From Octopus vulgaris (taxonomy: Eukaryota): DNA of 64,000 bases. Positions 27,371-40,720 of this stretch are shown in pieces. The DNA lies in assembly GCA_951406725.2 (NCBI GenBank), contig OX597816.1:119040001-119104000 (forward strand), given 5' to 3'. Made by a program: the position numbers and the translations under genes. The notes under the pieces are model-generated. The model did not search any database and was not told the DNA's origin. It worked only from the letters and a program-made list of their open reading frames with translations. Positions within the stretch are counted from its first letter, which is position 1, and every line of letters begins with the position of its first letter.

Positions 27371-27782
27371 GGTATAAACACATAAACATATATATTCACA
27401 CATACATACAGAGACACAGTCACTCACAAACTCTCTCACACACACACACTCCCACACACATGTACACGCACAACTACTTTGATAGATAAATAGATATAAG
27501 TACGTACATATATTTCCGCTTACACATAAGAATGCATAATGAGATTGCATTCTGCAGCTAATATGATTGTATTGACATACATATACGCATGCACTTAGAT
27601 GTATACGTATACATTTTGTGTTCATGTGTCTCTGCTTCTCTCTCCATTTTTGTATATTTACATCCATACATACATATATGTACATATATATGTATATATA
27701 TGTGTGTGTGTGTGTATGCATGAGTACATATATATACATACATACATATATATATATATGTATGTATATATATATATATGTT

Positions 27783-27824
<42 letters not shown>

Positions 27825-27858
27825 AAAACATATATATATATATATACATATGTGTATA

Positions 27859-28270
27859 TATATCTATATTGTATAGAGGGCATTATTACACATAAATGCC
27901 TCACACTAAGAGGGACAAAGTCATTACTACCAAAATTATACTAATCATACCTAAATGCAGTTTTCAAAGCAAGACATTTAAAAAATGAATTTAGTTCTGT
28001 ATCACAGAACTAAATTCATTTTTTAAATGTCTTGCTTTGAAAAACTGCATTTAGGTATGATTAGTATAATTTTGGTAGTAATGACTTTGTCCCTCTTAGT
28101 GTGAGGCATTTATGTGTAATAATGCCCTCTATACAATATAGATATAATTAATTTGTTCAAAAGAAAAAAATTATTTTCGAATTCTTTTCTTTTATGAGGT
28201 TTTCACGCTAACTACCCGATAATTTCTTGTTAAGATCCCTTATTAAGAGGTTATCCTTAATTGTTAAACT

Positions 28271-28273
<3 letters not shown>
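27859..28273. mobile_element. fold-back palindromic element with 3' extension (Penelope-pLTR-like)
   Basis: Arms 27859-28000 and 28004-28146, a 3-nt loop ATC, one homopolymer indel and a ~127-bp extension. Flanked by TA/TG repeats. Confidence 0.8.
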
Positions 28274-28344
<71 letters not shown>

Positions 28345-28366
28345 TGCACACACATACACACACATA

Positions 28367-28655
28367 TCTCATCTGCGAACGCATGGAAAACGAATCACCA
28401 CCAACTATTGTGGCTATATGTCTGTGCACACCTTTGAATGCAGTGTATGCCAGAAGGTTTGCAAATCCAACGGAGGCCTCAAAAGCCATTTTAAGATCCA
28501 CAAAGAGCAGAACTTATCTGCAGATCTTGGTTGTCCAATTTGGAGGTGCAATCTATGTGGATGTCTTTTCAGAACATTGTCTGGTTTAAAAAGCCACATG
28601 GTGCTAAAGTGTAGGTACAGGAGGTGGTCAAACTCTGCATAGGTATAGACAATAA

Positions 28656-28660
<5 letters not shown>
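28367..28660 (+). mobile_element. RTE-like LINE 3' end encoding C2H2 zinc fingers
   Basis: HLRTH...FECSVCQKVCKSNGGLKSHFKIH (C-x2-C-x12-H-x3-H)...CNLCGCLFRTLSGLKSH, with no TGEKP linkers. A short 3' UTR is followed by (TA)n. Confidence 0.65.
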
Positions 28661-28691
<31 letters not shown>

Positions 28692-28698
<7 letters not shown>

Positions 28699-29682
28699 AA
28701 TAAAATATATGCATATATATAAACATATATGTACGTACCTACCTCTACATGTACATATACACGCATATATGTGTACAGGACACCAAAAGGACGTCGAACA
28801 CATAGAGAGACGAAAAACATAGACACAAACCAAGGAACAAGACAAGCAAAAAAAGGACAAGCAAAAAAAAAAAGGAAATACAGAACAATAAACACAACGA
28901 AAAATCCCCTTCTTCAGTCGCTAAAGTTTCATCTACTAAACGTTTCGAAGGATAAAAGCGAGACGTATATTTCGAATGAAAAATTCCTTCCTGCGAAAAG
29001 CAAATCAATTAAAATTCTGAGATCTTGTCGCAGAGGGGTAAAAAAAAGGCAAGACGGTAACGACAGTACAAACATATAAACAGTAAAAAATATATATATA
29101 AACAGTGGAAAAATAAATATATAACAGTGAGAGACAGGACAAGGAGAACAAGATAAGAAGGGCTGTTAACGCCAGACGAAAAAAGTATTGCAAACGCTGG
29201 ATTATAGTGGACGACGAGAGAGGAAGATGTCGACCAGTGGCCTTAGAAGGCAGGCGAAAAAGGACGGGATAGCAGTTACGACGGAAGTACGTCGCAGATG
29301 GACGACGGGAATGGGGGAGGAGGAGCAAGAGGAAGAGAGAGAAGAAGGGGAATGGTGCGAGGAGACCATGAAGAACAGTGAGGGGGAGAGAGAGAGGAAG
29401 AGACAAGTTAAGTGAGGGAAAAAAAGACGAAAAAGGGAATGGGAGAGAAAGAAAGAAAGATGCAGAGTCGCGTGAGAGTTAATATCAAGGCGAACTTGAT
29501 AAACAGAACAATCTTACTTAATAGGGTGCGTGCGTTTAGTCGTATAATATGTTAATAAAATATATGCATATATATAAACATATATGTACGTACCTACCTC
29601 TACATGTACATATACACGCATATATGTGTACAGGACACCAAAAGGACGTCGAACACATAGAGAGACGAAAAACATAGACACA
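28692..29682 (-). mobile_element. non-autonomous element with 136-bp terminal direct repeats (tandem pLTR-like)
   Basis: 28692-28827 appears identical to 29547-29682. Both outer ends abut (TA)n. No long ORF. Confidence 0.75.
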
Positions 29683-29701
29683 TATATATATATATATATA
29701 T

Positions 29702-29848
29702 AAAATACAAAATGGGACAAGAACGCAAAACATTCAGACAACTAGGTGATACAAAAAGGGACGACAAAACATCCAGATAGACGATACAAAAAACACGGAC
29801 GGGTCATTCGAAGCCATTAATCTTCAGTCAAGAACTGGATCATCCTCG

Positions 29849-29852
<4 letters not shown>
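29702..29852 (-). mobile_element. truncated copy of the element family at 59000-59660
   Basis: Reverse complement GATGATCCAGTTCTTGACTGAAGATTAATGGCTTCGAATGACCCGTCC matches 59546-59592. Flanked by (TA)n. Confidence 0.75.
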
Positions 29853-29897
<45 letters not shown>

Positions 29898-29955
29898 TAG
29901 ATATGTTTCGACCAAAGATTGGTCCAGGCCATGTCTAACTTGATAGCACCACCTG

Positions 29956-30527
<572 letters not shown>

Positions 30528-31412
30528 GAAATCAGGAATATGTGGTATCATTTTCAGTCTGTGTTACACGTGTTTCATTATAATATGAGAATATGAAGTA
30601 AATAAGAAAGGAGTATTAAGGGAATATGAAGTGGATATTAAGGAAAAATGAAGGATAAATGAAATGAACATGTATGAGACCTTTAGGACGAAAAGAAATG
30701 AGGAGAGGAGAGATAATTATGTAAAATGGAATAAATTATGAGAGAAAGAAAATAAGACATACTGAAAGAAGGAAAAAGTGAACCAAATAAAGAAATGAAA
30801 GCAAGCAAGATAATAATAGCAAGAGGGAATGAAACAGAAAATGCGAAAAATGGCGATGGACATGTAAGACGAAAAATAAAACAATGAACGACTAAAGAGT
30901 AAAAGGAAGAATGTAAAAGTAAGAAAAGGTAAAGAATGAAAGAGTGAAATAAGAAAGAAAAACCAATGAATGAAATGAAATATTGTATGGGAAAAATAAG
31001 AGAAAATAAATGAAAGAAGAAAATGAAATGAAACAATGAAAGAAAGTGTGAAATAGTGAAAGGAAATAGCGAAATACATTATATGTGTTTTGTTTGTTCG
31101 CCGGATTCGCTGCGATATAGCGTTTGGCGACGACACCTGTTAACGCTGGGTGTTAAAACACATGACAGTCATAGACAGGGGAGACAACTTACCTCGGCTC
31201 GGTCGGCTCGGATCCCTATCGGTTTGTTTTACTGTATCGCTAAACGAGTGGGTGTAAACAAAGCAACACCGGTTGTATACTCACAAAAACAAATGCACAC
31301 GCTCTTAAACATACTGTGTGTGTGTATGTATGTATGTATATATATATATACACACACACATGTGTGTATGTATGTATGTATATATATACACACACACATG
31401 TGTGTATGTATG

Positions 31413-31478
<66 letters not shown>

Positions 31479-31534
31479 CATATATATACACACACACACA
31501 AATACAAACACACATACATACATTATATATATTA

Positions 31535-31830
31535 CGACCGTGAGGTTGTGAGTTTGATTCCCGGGCCGGGCTGCGTATTGTCTTCTTGAGCAAGATACTT
31601 TATTTCACGTTGCTCCAGTAAACACAGCTCTAGAAATTAATTGTGATGTCACTGTGCCAAGCTGTATCGGCCTTTGCCTTTCCCTTGGATAACATCAATG
31701 GTGTGGAGAGGGGAGGCTGGTATGCATGGGTGACTGCTGCCCTTCCATAAACAACCTTGCCCGGACTTGTGCCTCGGAGAATAACTTTCTAGGTGCAATC
31801 CTACGGTCAGTCATGACCGAAGGGGGTCTC
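31535..31830 (+). mobile_element. tRNA-derived SINE, 5' truncated
   Basis: Homologous to 39328-39640 and 43303-43625. Confidence 0.85.
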
Positions 31831-32113
31831 CCATATATTTTAGTTTTTCGTTTTACTTGTTTCAGTCATTTGAAGGGTTTTAGCCAAACAAATCGACCCT
31901 AGGACTTATTCTTTTTAAAGCATGGTACTTATTTTATCGGTGACTTTTGCCGAACCGCTAACTTACGGGAACGTAAACTCACCAACACCAGTTGTCAAGC
32001 GGTGAACAGACAAAAACGCACGCACACGGATAGAGAGATAGATGGATGGATACATACATACGTACGTACGTACGTACATACATACACACATGCACATATG
32101 TATATGTGTGTGT

Positions 32114-32153
<40 letters not shown>

Positions 32154-32973
32154 TGAACCCCGGAACTGATTGGTTGGGAAGCAAACTTCTTAAGCATACA
32201 ATCACGCCTGCATGTGATACATGAATAAATATAAAATTTATCGTTGAGGTAGGACGATAGGAAGTGAGAATTAGAAATGATGGGTTGAAGGTTTAAATAC
32301 GAATCTGTGAGTGGTATATAATAATACGTGCAGCCTATCAACGAATCACCTCACATACATCAATGTAAATTGAATTGCATACTAAACGTTAAAAAGTGAT
32401 GAAGTGTCAAGGCGGAGCTTGACGTCTAGTGTCCTAACTAAGACAGGCATTTATCGACCTTATTTCAATGAAACTGATTGGAAACGCAGTTGAGTCTCAG
32501 TTTGTCGTACGTTAAAAGCTGGTTAAATGAAATGCAATTGGACAAAATTTTTGAGGCCGCTGATGACACTGTGAAAGTTGCAGCTACTGTTGTTGTTGTT
32601 ACTGGTCGTTGTCGCTCTTCTTCTTCTTCTTCTTCTTCTTCTTCTTCTTCTTCTTCTTCTTCTTCTTCTTCTTCTTCTTCTTCTTCTTCTTCTTCTTCTT
32701 TTTCTTCTTCTTTTTTCTTCTTCTTCTTCGTCTTCTTCTCCTTTTCTCCTATTCTTTTATTTCATCCTCCTTCTTCTCTCCTTCCTTCCTCTATCCCTCC
32801 ATTCTCTTCCTCCTCGTCCTCGTCCTCCTCGTCCTTGCCCACCCCTACCCTTCGTCCACTTCCTCATCCGCCTCCCCATCCTCGTCTTCCTCGTCCTCCT
32901 AGTCGTCGTCGTCCTCTTCTTCTTCTTCTTCTTCTTCTTCTTCTTCTTCTTCTTCTTCTTCTTCTTCTTCTTC

Positions 32974-33653
32974 TTTTCTCCTATTCCCTCCATTCATCCT
33001 CCTTCTTCTCCCTTTCCTTCCTCTATCACTTCCTTCTCTTCCTCCTCATCCTCGTCCCCGCCCTCGTCCACCTTCTTCTTCTTCTTCTTCTTCTTCTTCT
33101 TTTCTCCTATTCCCTCCATTCATCCTCCTTCTTCTCCCTTTCCTTCCTCTATCACTTCCTTCTCTTCCTCCTCATCCTCGTCCCCGCCCTCGTCCACCTT
33201 CTTCTTCTTCTTCTTCTTCTTCTTCTTCTTCTTCTTTTCTCCTATTCCCTCCATTCATCCTCCTTCTTCTCCCTTTCCTTCCTCTATCACTTCCTTCTCT
33301 TCCTCCTCATCCTCGTCCCCGCCCTCGTCCACCTTCTTCTTCTTCTTCTTCTTCTTCTTCTTCTTTTCTCCTATTCCCTCCATTCATCCTCCTTCTTCTC
33401 CCTTTCCTTCCTCTATCACTTCCTTCTCTTCCTCCTCATCCTCGTCCCCGCCCTCGTCCACCTTCTTCTTCTTCTTCTTCTTCTTCTTCTTCTTCTTCTT
33501 CTTTTCTCCTATTCCCTCCATTCATCCTCCTTCTTCTCCCTTTCCTTCCTCTATCACTTCCTTCTCTTCCTCCTCATCCTCGTCCCCGCCATCGTCCACC
33601 TTCTTCTTCTTCTTCTTCTTCTTCTTCTTCTTCTTCTTCTTCTTCTTCTTCTT
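32974..33653 (+). repeat. polypyrimidine minisatellite: ~98-bp core plus variable (CTT)n, 5 copies
   Basis: Core TTTTCTCCTATTCCCTCCATTCATCC...CCCGCCCTCGTCCACC starts at 32974, 33100, 33235, 33364 and 33502. Confidence 0.95.
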
Positions 33654-34078
33654 GTTTCAATATGATAATGCTTTTATGCTTTGCTTTTATTATTGCTATT
33701 GTACTTTTCGTTGTATAGTTGCTTGAATGTTGTCAACAAAGTCGTCATCGTTGTTGTTAGTGATTATGATAATGTTGACGATGATGATGATGACTTTGAT
33801 GACGATGATGATGATAATGATGATGGTGACAATGATGATGATGATGATGATGATAACTGTAAACATAAAAAAGAGCTGATGGAGAAGGCGGTTGATGATA
33901 TCTGCAAGAAAGATGTCAGCAATATTGATTCTGATGATGTCAGTGGTTGTGGTGATGTTGATGGTAATAGTGATGATGGTGGTAGTGGTGGTGGTGGTGG
34001 TAGTGGGTTTTGTGGTGACGGTGGTCGGAATGATAATGATCACGATAGTGATGAAAATGGAGGTAATGATTATGATGT

Positions 34079-34150
<72 letters not shown>

Positions 34151-34387
34151 TTAGTAGTATTAGTAGTATTAGTAAGTAGTAGTGGTGGTAGTAGTGGTGG
34201 TGGTGGTGGGAGGAGGAGGCGTAGGAGGCGTAGGAGGAAGTGGAATATAATGATGATGATGATGATTACGACGACGACGACGACGATGGTGGTGACGATA
34301 ACGGTGATGAAAAAATCAGAGAGCTGGCTGGTTGGCTGAATGGCTGACTGGCTGACTGGCTGACTGGTTGGCTGGTCCTTGCTTTCA

Positions 34388-34428
34388 GTCGTAAATGCCG
34401 TTGCGCATGGCAACGTAAAACTGTCAAC
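34388..34428. promoter_or_regulatory. candidate cis-regulatory motif cluster (RFX X-box, posterior-Hox-like and TALE-like sites)
   Basis: GTCGTAAA, palindromic GTTGCGCATGGCAAC (34400-34414) and CTGTCA within 40 bp of unique sequence. Confidence 0.35.
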
Positions 34429-35231
34429 CGAAATCGACTTAATATGCTCCACCACTGATCAGTCATGTGCCAGTACCGTGATAAACATTCCGCAAATCTT
34501 GTTAGCGTTCGTTAATTAGATCCAAAACCGAATTACAGAGGCCAGCCATATGATTCCTTTGCTCCTTATCGCCGACGAACAATCGAATTATACAACAAAC
34601 CGAAGCTCTTTATGGATCTGTTTGGTTGAAATGAAGACCACTTTAGGCTTGTTCGTTGTCTGCTTTACATCCCTCTGGACAACGTCTTTAATATGCACAT
34701 CTCCTCCTCAACTTTTTGGTTGTTTTTGTGGTTCTTTATTTACTTTCTTTTTGTTTTGTTTGTGCTTCACTCTTCTATTTTAAATTTTATTTTTATTACA
34801 TCTCGACTAAGTTTATCTGTTTTATTGTTGTTGTTGTTGTTTTTGGTTTTTCCTTGTTTTCTGTGATAAAGTGTTGTAGTCAATCGGTTTTACACTCTAA
34901 ATGTAACCCTAAGCGGATTGACTTCATTATCAGACCTATAACCGACATAAAACAGCTACATACCGTTTTATTATCATCCATAATCATCACCACAATGACT
35001 CATACGTTATACTCACTCACTCACTCACTCCATGCATTCACTCACTCACTCACTCACTCAATCACTCACTCACTTACATACGTACAAAACCAACTTTACC
35101 GCATGCTTTTTAATATTCAATATTCTTGGTTTTGTGTCCATTGCCATTATAATTTTATCAACGTTTCTGAATGCTCGTTCTGTCCTCACATTAAGAAAGA
35201 AAATACACACACTCACACACTTATACACTCA

Positions 35232-35313
<82 letters not shown>

Positions 35314-36399
35314 GCCCTACATACATACACAAAAACATGCCCACAAGGCGTTGTCATTTTAATCACACGCATGCTTTTACTTTATTTTATTCCATTTTAT
35401 TTTATAGTAACATGTTTAGAAATATTTTTTTAGATACTTTTATGATTCAGGCAATGAGAATTATTTAAATTTGAAACGTGTTGCAGAACGAAATCTCATC
35501 AAAATGAAAACTTCAGTTCAAAGAAGTGACTCAAGGCAACTTTGATTTTCGGCCATATATTTTATGCTTTTCGATGGAGTTTTATGTTGTTATTTTATTT
35601 TTTTTAAAAATCCCATATCAATGGTTGCATTTTAGGGTTTGAATATGAAAGTTAAAGAACATGTCGTTTATTCATCCATATATAGATGAAAGGAGGATTA
35701 AGGAAAGAAAAAAAGCAGAAAAAAAACAAGTCATTCTATAACTCAAAGATACATATTTGTGTGTGTGTGCGTGTGCGTGCGTGTGTGTGTCTGTACGTAT
35801 GAATGTATCACTGCCAGTATCTTGGTGTGTGTGTGTACGTGTACGTGTTTTTGTGTGTGTGTGTGTACGTGTACGTGTTTCTGTGTGTGTGTGAGAGAGA
35901 AAGAGAAAGAGAGAGACAGAGAATAAAGAGAGAAAAAGGAAGAGAGAAAGAAAGAGATGAGAGTGAGCCACAGGAGGCGAGAGATCATTTATGCGCAATC
36001 ATATACAAAAATTACAGACAAAACCACACTCTGTATACGTTAATATATTCTGGATATGTAAACTACTTCATCACATTGTGGGCAACATTTTAAAATGGGA
36101 GAAAAAAAAAAGGAAAAAGAAACAGAGAGAAAAAGAAACAGAAAGAGACAGAAGGAGAAAGTGCACGTAAAGACGAAATAAACTCCTCAATTAGGCTGTA
36201 GTTTGAAGTACAAAAGCTCAGATATAGTTGATAAAGTTTGTCTACCACTCTGTGTGTAAAACATTTACTGTTGAACTTAGATGATAGCTGTAAGAGTTAT
36301 GACTTTGAAACAAAGTTCTAATCTAAATTTTCGAACTACTGCCTGAAAGACGTTTTTGACTCTAATTCCCCCACACTAAAAACGGTTATTATTATATAT

Positions 36400-37847
36400 C
36401 GTAGAACACATGGAAACTCATCTTAGGCCTGATATAGAAAATGCAGAAGTACACGTACCAAAATATACCATACTGCAAACAGACAGAAGGGAAAGGAGCC
36501 ACGATGGAGTTGTTATATACATCCATGAGGACCTCACGCCCCAGGTCCTACTGTCATATTCAAATTCAGCATTTTGCACTCAAGTTGTATACATGAGACA
36601 ACACAATATAGTCATATGTAATGCATATCACCCACCGGATGTTCCAAACCACACGGGCAAGTTTGAAGATTGCCTCGCAAGAATAAAAGAAACCCTCATG
36701 AAACTGGCATATCACGTGAGTGTGTTTCTTATGGGTGATTTCAACTTCTTCAGTGTCAAATGGTCCGAGGACCTCATGCAAACAAGTACAGGTGGAGTCT
36801 CTGATCAATCTCACCAATGCCCTATTCATGGAACAGGTTGTGCTCCAACCAACTAGGGCGAATAGCATATTGGATCTCTGCTTCACAAACAGTATGGACA
36901 TCGTTCATAATGTGAAAGTGACTCCAACTTTAGTTTCGGATCACAACATGACAGAGCTGTCTATGTATGGACCAAAAGTAGCCAGAGACATGCAGCATAA
37001 AGGAAGCACCCGAAATCTCTCCAGTCTGAACTTCCACAAAGCGGACTGGAAATCAATCCAAAAAGAGATCCCCACACAGGACTGGTCAAAATTTCTCTCC
37101 AAACCAGACATCGGCATGAAACTAGAGTATTTCGTATCTGTTATGCAAGCCGTATGCTACAAATATGTCCCAGAGCACAAAGCTAAGAAAAAAAAAAGGT
37201 ACGAGACTCCAAGAGAGAGGAAGATTCTCATTAGATGACGGACGAAGGTTGTAAATCACTTCAACCAACATCCCAAAAATAAAAACAATACTGATGGAGA
37301 TTGAAAAAAGCCTGCAACAATCTTATATAAAGGAGAGAGTAGACAAAGCAGCATGGGTTATAAGAAACCGAAAGCCTTTCTTTCACTATGCCAAAGAAAC
37401 GGCCTCAGTACACTGCAAAATAGGACCCCTCTTCCAAAAAGACGGCTCCCATAGAGAGAAATACTGAATGACCAGTTCAAAAGTGTCTTTATTACTCCGT
37501 TGGAACACCGACAAGTGAACGAACAAGTGGATTACATCGACATTGAGGAAGAAGATATAATACTAGCCTTAGATGAGGTGGACACAAACTCAGCTGCTGG
37601 CTCTGATGGCTTCCCAGTAATCCTCCTCAAATCGTGCAAACGTGCCCTGGCGAAACCACTACATATTCTTTTCTAGAATTTTCTTGCAAATGGCAAGCTA
37701 CCAAACAAATTGAAGGAGGGAATAATATCCCCAATCCATAAGGAGGAAGCAGAGCAGATGTCAAAAATTATAGGCCTATCTCTCTGACTTCACACATTAG
37801 GAAAGTCATGGAACGAATAGTCAGAGAGAAACTGATCGCAATCCTTG
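36400..37847 (+). mobile_element. CR1-group LINE ORF2 fragment (APE endonuclease to start of RT), decayed
   Basis: Motifs ETHL, DR..RSHDGVVIY, YHPP, MGDFN, PTRANSILDLCFTN, SDHN and YRPISLTSH..KVMERIV, with frameshifts and stops. Confidence 0.9.
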
Positions 37848-38334
37848 AAAAGGATGAAAGGCAAAGTCGACCTCGGCGGAATTTGAACTCAGAAAGTAGC
37901 GGCAGACGAAATACCTATTTCTTTACTACCCACGAGGGGCTAAACACAGAGAGGACAAACAAGGACAGACAAACGGATTAAGTCGATTATATCGACCCCA
38001 GTGCGTAACTGGTACTTAATTTATCGACCCCGAAAGGATGAAAGGCAAAGTCGACCTCGGCGAAATTTGAACTTAGAACGTAGCGGCAGACGAAATAGCT
38101 GTTTCTCTACTACCCACAATGGGCTAAACACACTGAGGGGACAAACAAAGACAGACAAACGGATTAAGTCGATTATATCGACCCCAGTGTGTAACTGGTA
38201 CTTAATTTATCGACCCCGAAAGGATGAAAGGCAAAGTCGACCTCGGCGGAATTTGAACTCAGAACGTGACGGCAGACGAAATACGGCTACGCATTTCGCC
38301 CGGCGTGCTAACGTTTCTGCCAGCTCGCCGCCTT
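37848..38334 (-). mobile_element. SINE with ~185-bp internal tandem duplications
   Basis: AAGGATGAAAGGCAAAGTCGACCTCGGCG recurs three times. The head CTGCCAGCTCGCCGCCTT is at the right end. Confidence 0.9.
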
Positions 38335-38711
38335 ACAATGATGGCAGGCATATTGGAAGGAAATGTAGAGAATAGTGCACTTAGAAATGTCAAGTTATAA
38401 TGTAATTTTTCAAAACTATAAGTTGTACTTTTTTATACTTGATTCTAACGGAAAAAATTTGGGGTGCGATTTATTCATGGAGCAAACCTAAAACTATGAA
38501 AGGAAAAAAAAGTTGTACCAAGATTTAACACTGAAATACGCGTATGACTTGTCCACCAGTAACTATGGTAATTTTCACTGATATGTCTACATTTTAATGT
38601 CAATCCTAATCTAAATTAATTAATCTAATTTTAGAAATTAATTTCTTATCAAGATATCACACACTTGCTGAAGGCTCTCCCAAACTTTCTGACACTAAAG
38701 ACATTTTGATT

Positions 38712-38759
<48 letters not shown>

Positions 38760-39327
38760 ATTTCTCTCGTTTTCTTGAATTGGCTGAATTTATCGAATGT
38801 TTGACAAAATATCTTGCTTCTATATGTTTTTAGTTCAAATCCTTCCGTGGTCAACATTTTCTTGTATCCATCTGAGATCGATTAAATAAAGTATTATTCA
38901 AGTATTAAGTCGACATAATACATTTTACTTATTCCCAAAATTTGAAACATTGTCCTTTATTTTCGAAATACAGTATATGATTTTTAGCGTTCAATACTTT
39001 TTGAAGGAAGGTTGTAATCATTTTAAACAGACGCCTGTAATTGACTTTTATTTATCTTAAATATAACTCGGGAAGAAAAAATGGCAATATTTCAATTTAG
39101 AATAAAGAGGAGGCATAATTAAATAATACACGGTATTTTTCCCCTCTTCCTTTTCGATTCACTTTTCCTGTAATCGCTTATCATAAGTTCTGTGATAGGA
39201 CTGTCAGTTATTTCGACCACACTAAAAGGTGAATTACCGCGGGTGGCTTCTAATACCTGTTCCAACTGTTATAAAGAGCAACCAAATCTCTATTTACATC
39301 CTGCTATCTTGAAAAAGTGAAGGCACA

Positions 39328-39640
39328 CAGCTCAGTGGTGAGAGTTTCGTGAGGTTGTGAGTTCGAATCCCGGACCGGGCTGCGCGTTGTGTTCTTGAGC
39401 AAGACACTTTATTTCACATTACTCCAGTTCACTCAGCTGTAGAAATGAGTTGCTACGTCACAGGTGCCAAGCTGTATCGGCCTTTGCTTTTCCCTTGGAT
39501 AACATTGGTGGCGTGGAGAGGGGAGGCCGGTAAGCATGGATGACTGCTGCCCTTCCATAAACAACCTTGCTCGGACTTGTGCCTGGGAGGGTAACTTTCT
39601 AGGTGCAATCCCATGGTCAGTTATGACCGAAGAGGATCTC
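39328..39640 (+). mobile_element. tRNA-derived SINE
   Basis: GCTCAGTGG...GAGTTCGAATCCCGG head plus the shared body. Confidence 0.85.
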
Positions 39641-40648
39641 AGCAGCATCTTGAAAGGAAAAAGGTAGATTGTATAATATTTAAGAGAATGAGATTGTTTA
39701 GAATAGCTTTCGTCGTAGGTTTACTTGATCAGGGCTAACCTGTGTTTAAAGAAAACATTGACCGGTTCTGATTTTGACGATACGGAAAAAAAATGAAATA
39801 TAAAGTCGACATCGGCATGATTTGAACGTAGAATGTAAAATATCGAAGCTCAATGCGGCAGGGAAGTTTGACTACCACTCTTTCAGTTCGATCTCCACCA
39901 ACCAGAATGTAGTGCTGTATTTTCCGGCATATAAGTGGATGTAGCATATAGTATAGTCAAACATCGTCACTATCTTTCCAAGTCATGCTGCGTTGGTCCG
40001 CCAAAATCGGTTTGTATAAATCAATTTAATTTTTGTGGCTGTAAATTTTGCCTGGGAAATTCAACTTGTATGTCCGAAAGTATGGTATTCAATAATTTAT
40101 CCAAACAAAGACCCAGTGCCACACATTTCGTAATAGGGCTTTTTCGATAATTGACTGTTACTTTTTTTTTATCCAACTCGGAACGGATGAAATACAAATG
40201 TCATTCTGGAAAAGTCCGAGAGTAAAAGAACGCAGGAATTTAATGTATCACTCTACTGACTCTGCCGTCTCCCGCCACTGTTGTATTCGGTAATAAATAA
40301 ACATTCTTTTAGAGTGAAGAAAAATACAAACAATTGAAATGTATAGAAAATAATACATATCAATTAAAAAAAAAAGACAACAAAGTTGTATATTAATGAG
40401 GTTCAATCGACATCAATTATTTAGTTAATTGTTTCCATTGGTCGTACAGTAAATAGATTAAAATAAAATAAAACCGCCATTAACAGTTATCGTATGCTAT
40501 TAGTATAACCTCCAGATGATGAGGATTTAGCGGCAGTCAAAAGTAAAATGTTATTATTTTCTTATAATTAGAATTACAAAGCGATAATTCTACTGTAATA
40601 GTGATTGTGATTTATCATCATTAGTCTCATTATTGTTGTTGTTGTTGA

Positions 40649-40720
<72 letters not shown>

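Noticed and set aside
32974-33653. CRISPR-like repeat/spacer appearance
   Set aside because: The spacers are only (CTT)n, the repeats are ~98 bp, the context is eukaryotic and there are no cas genes.
32478-33726. Longest ORFs (395 and 382 aa)
   Set aside because: They are translations of (CTT)n and the pyrimidine minisatellite. They lack stops because of base composition and contain no domain.
33681-34085. Acidic D/G-rich ORF
   Set aside because: Derived from degenerate (GAT/GGT)n repeats, with no splice or domain evidence.
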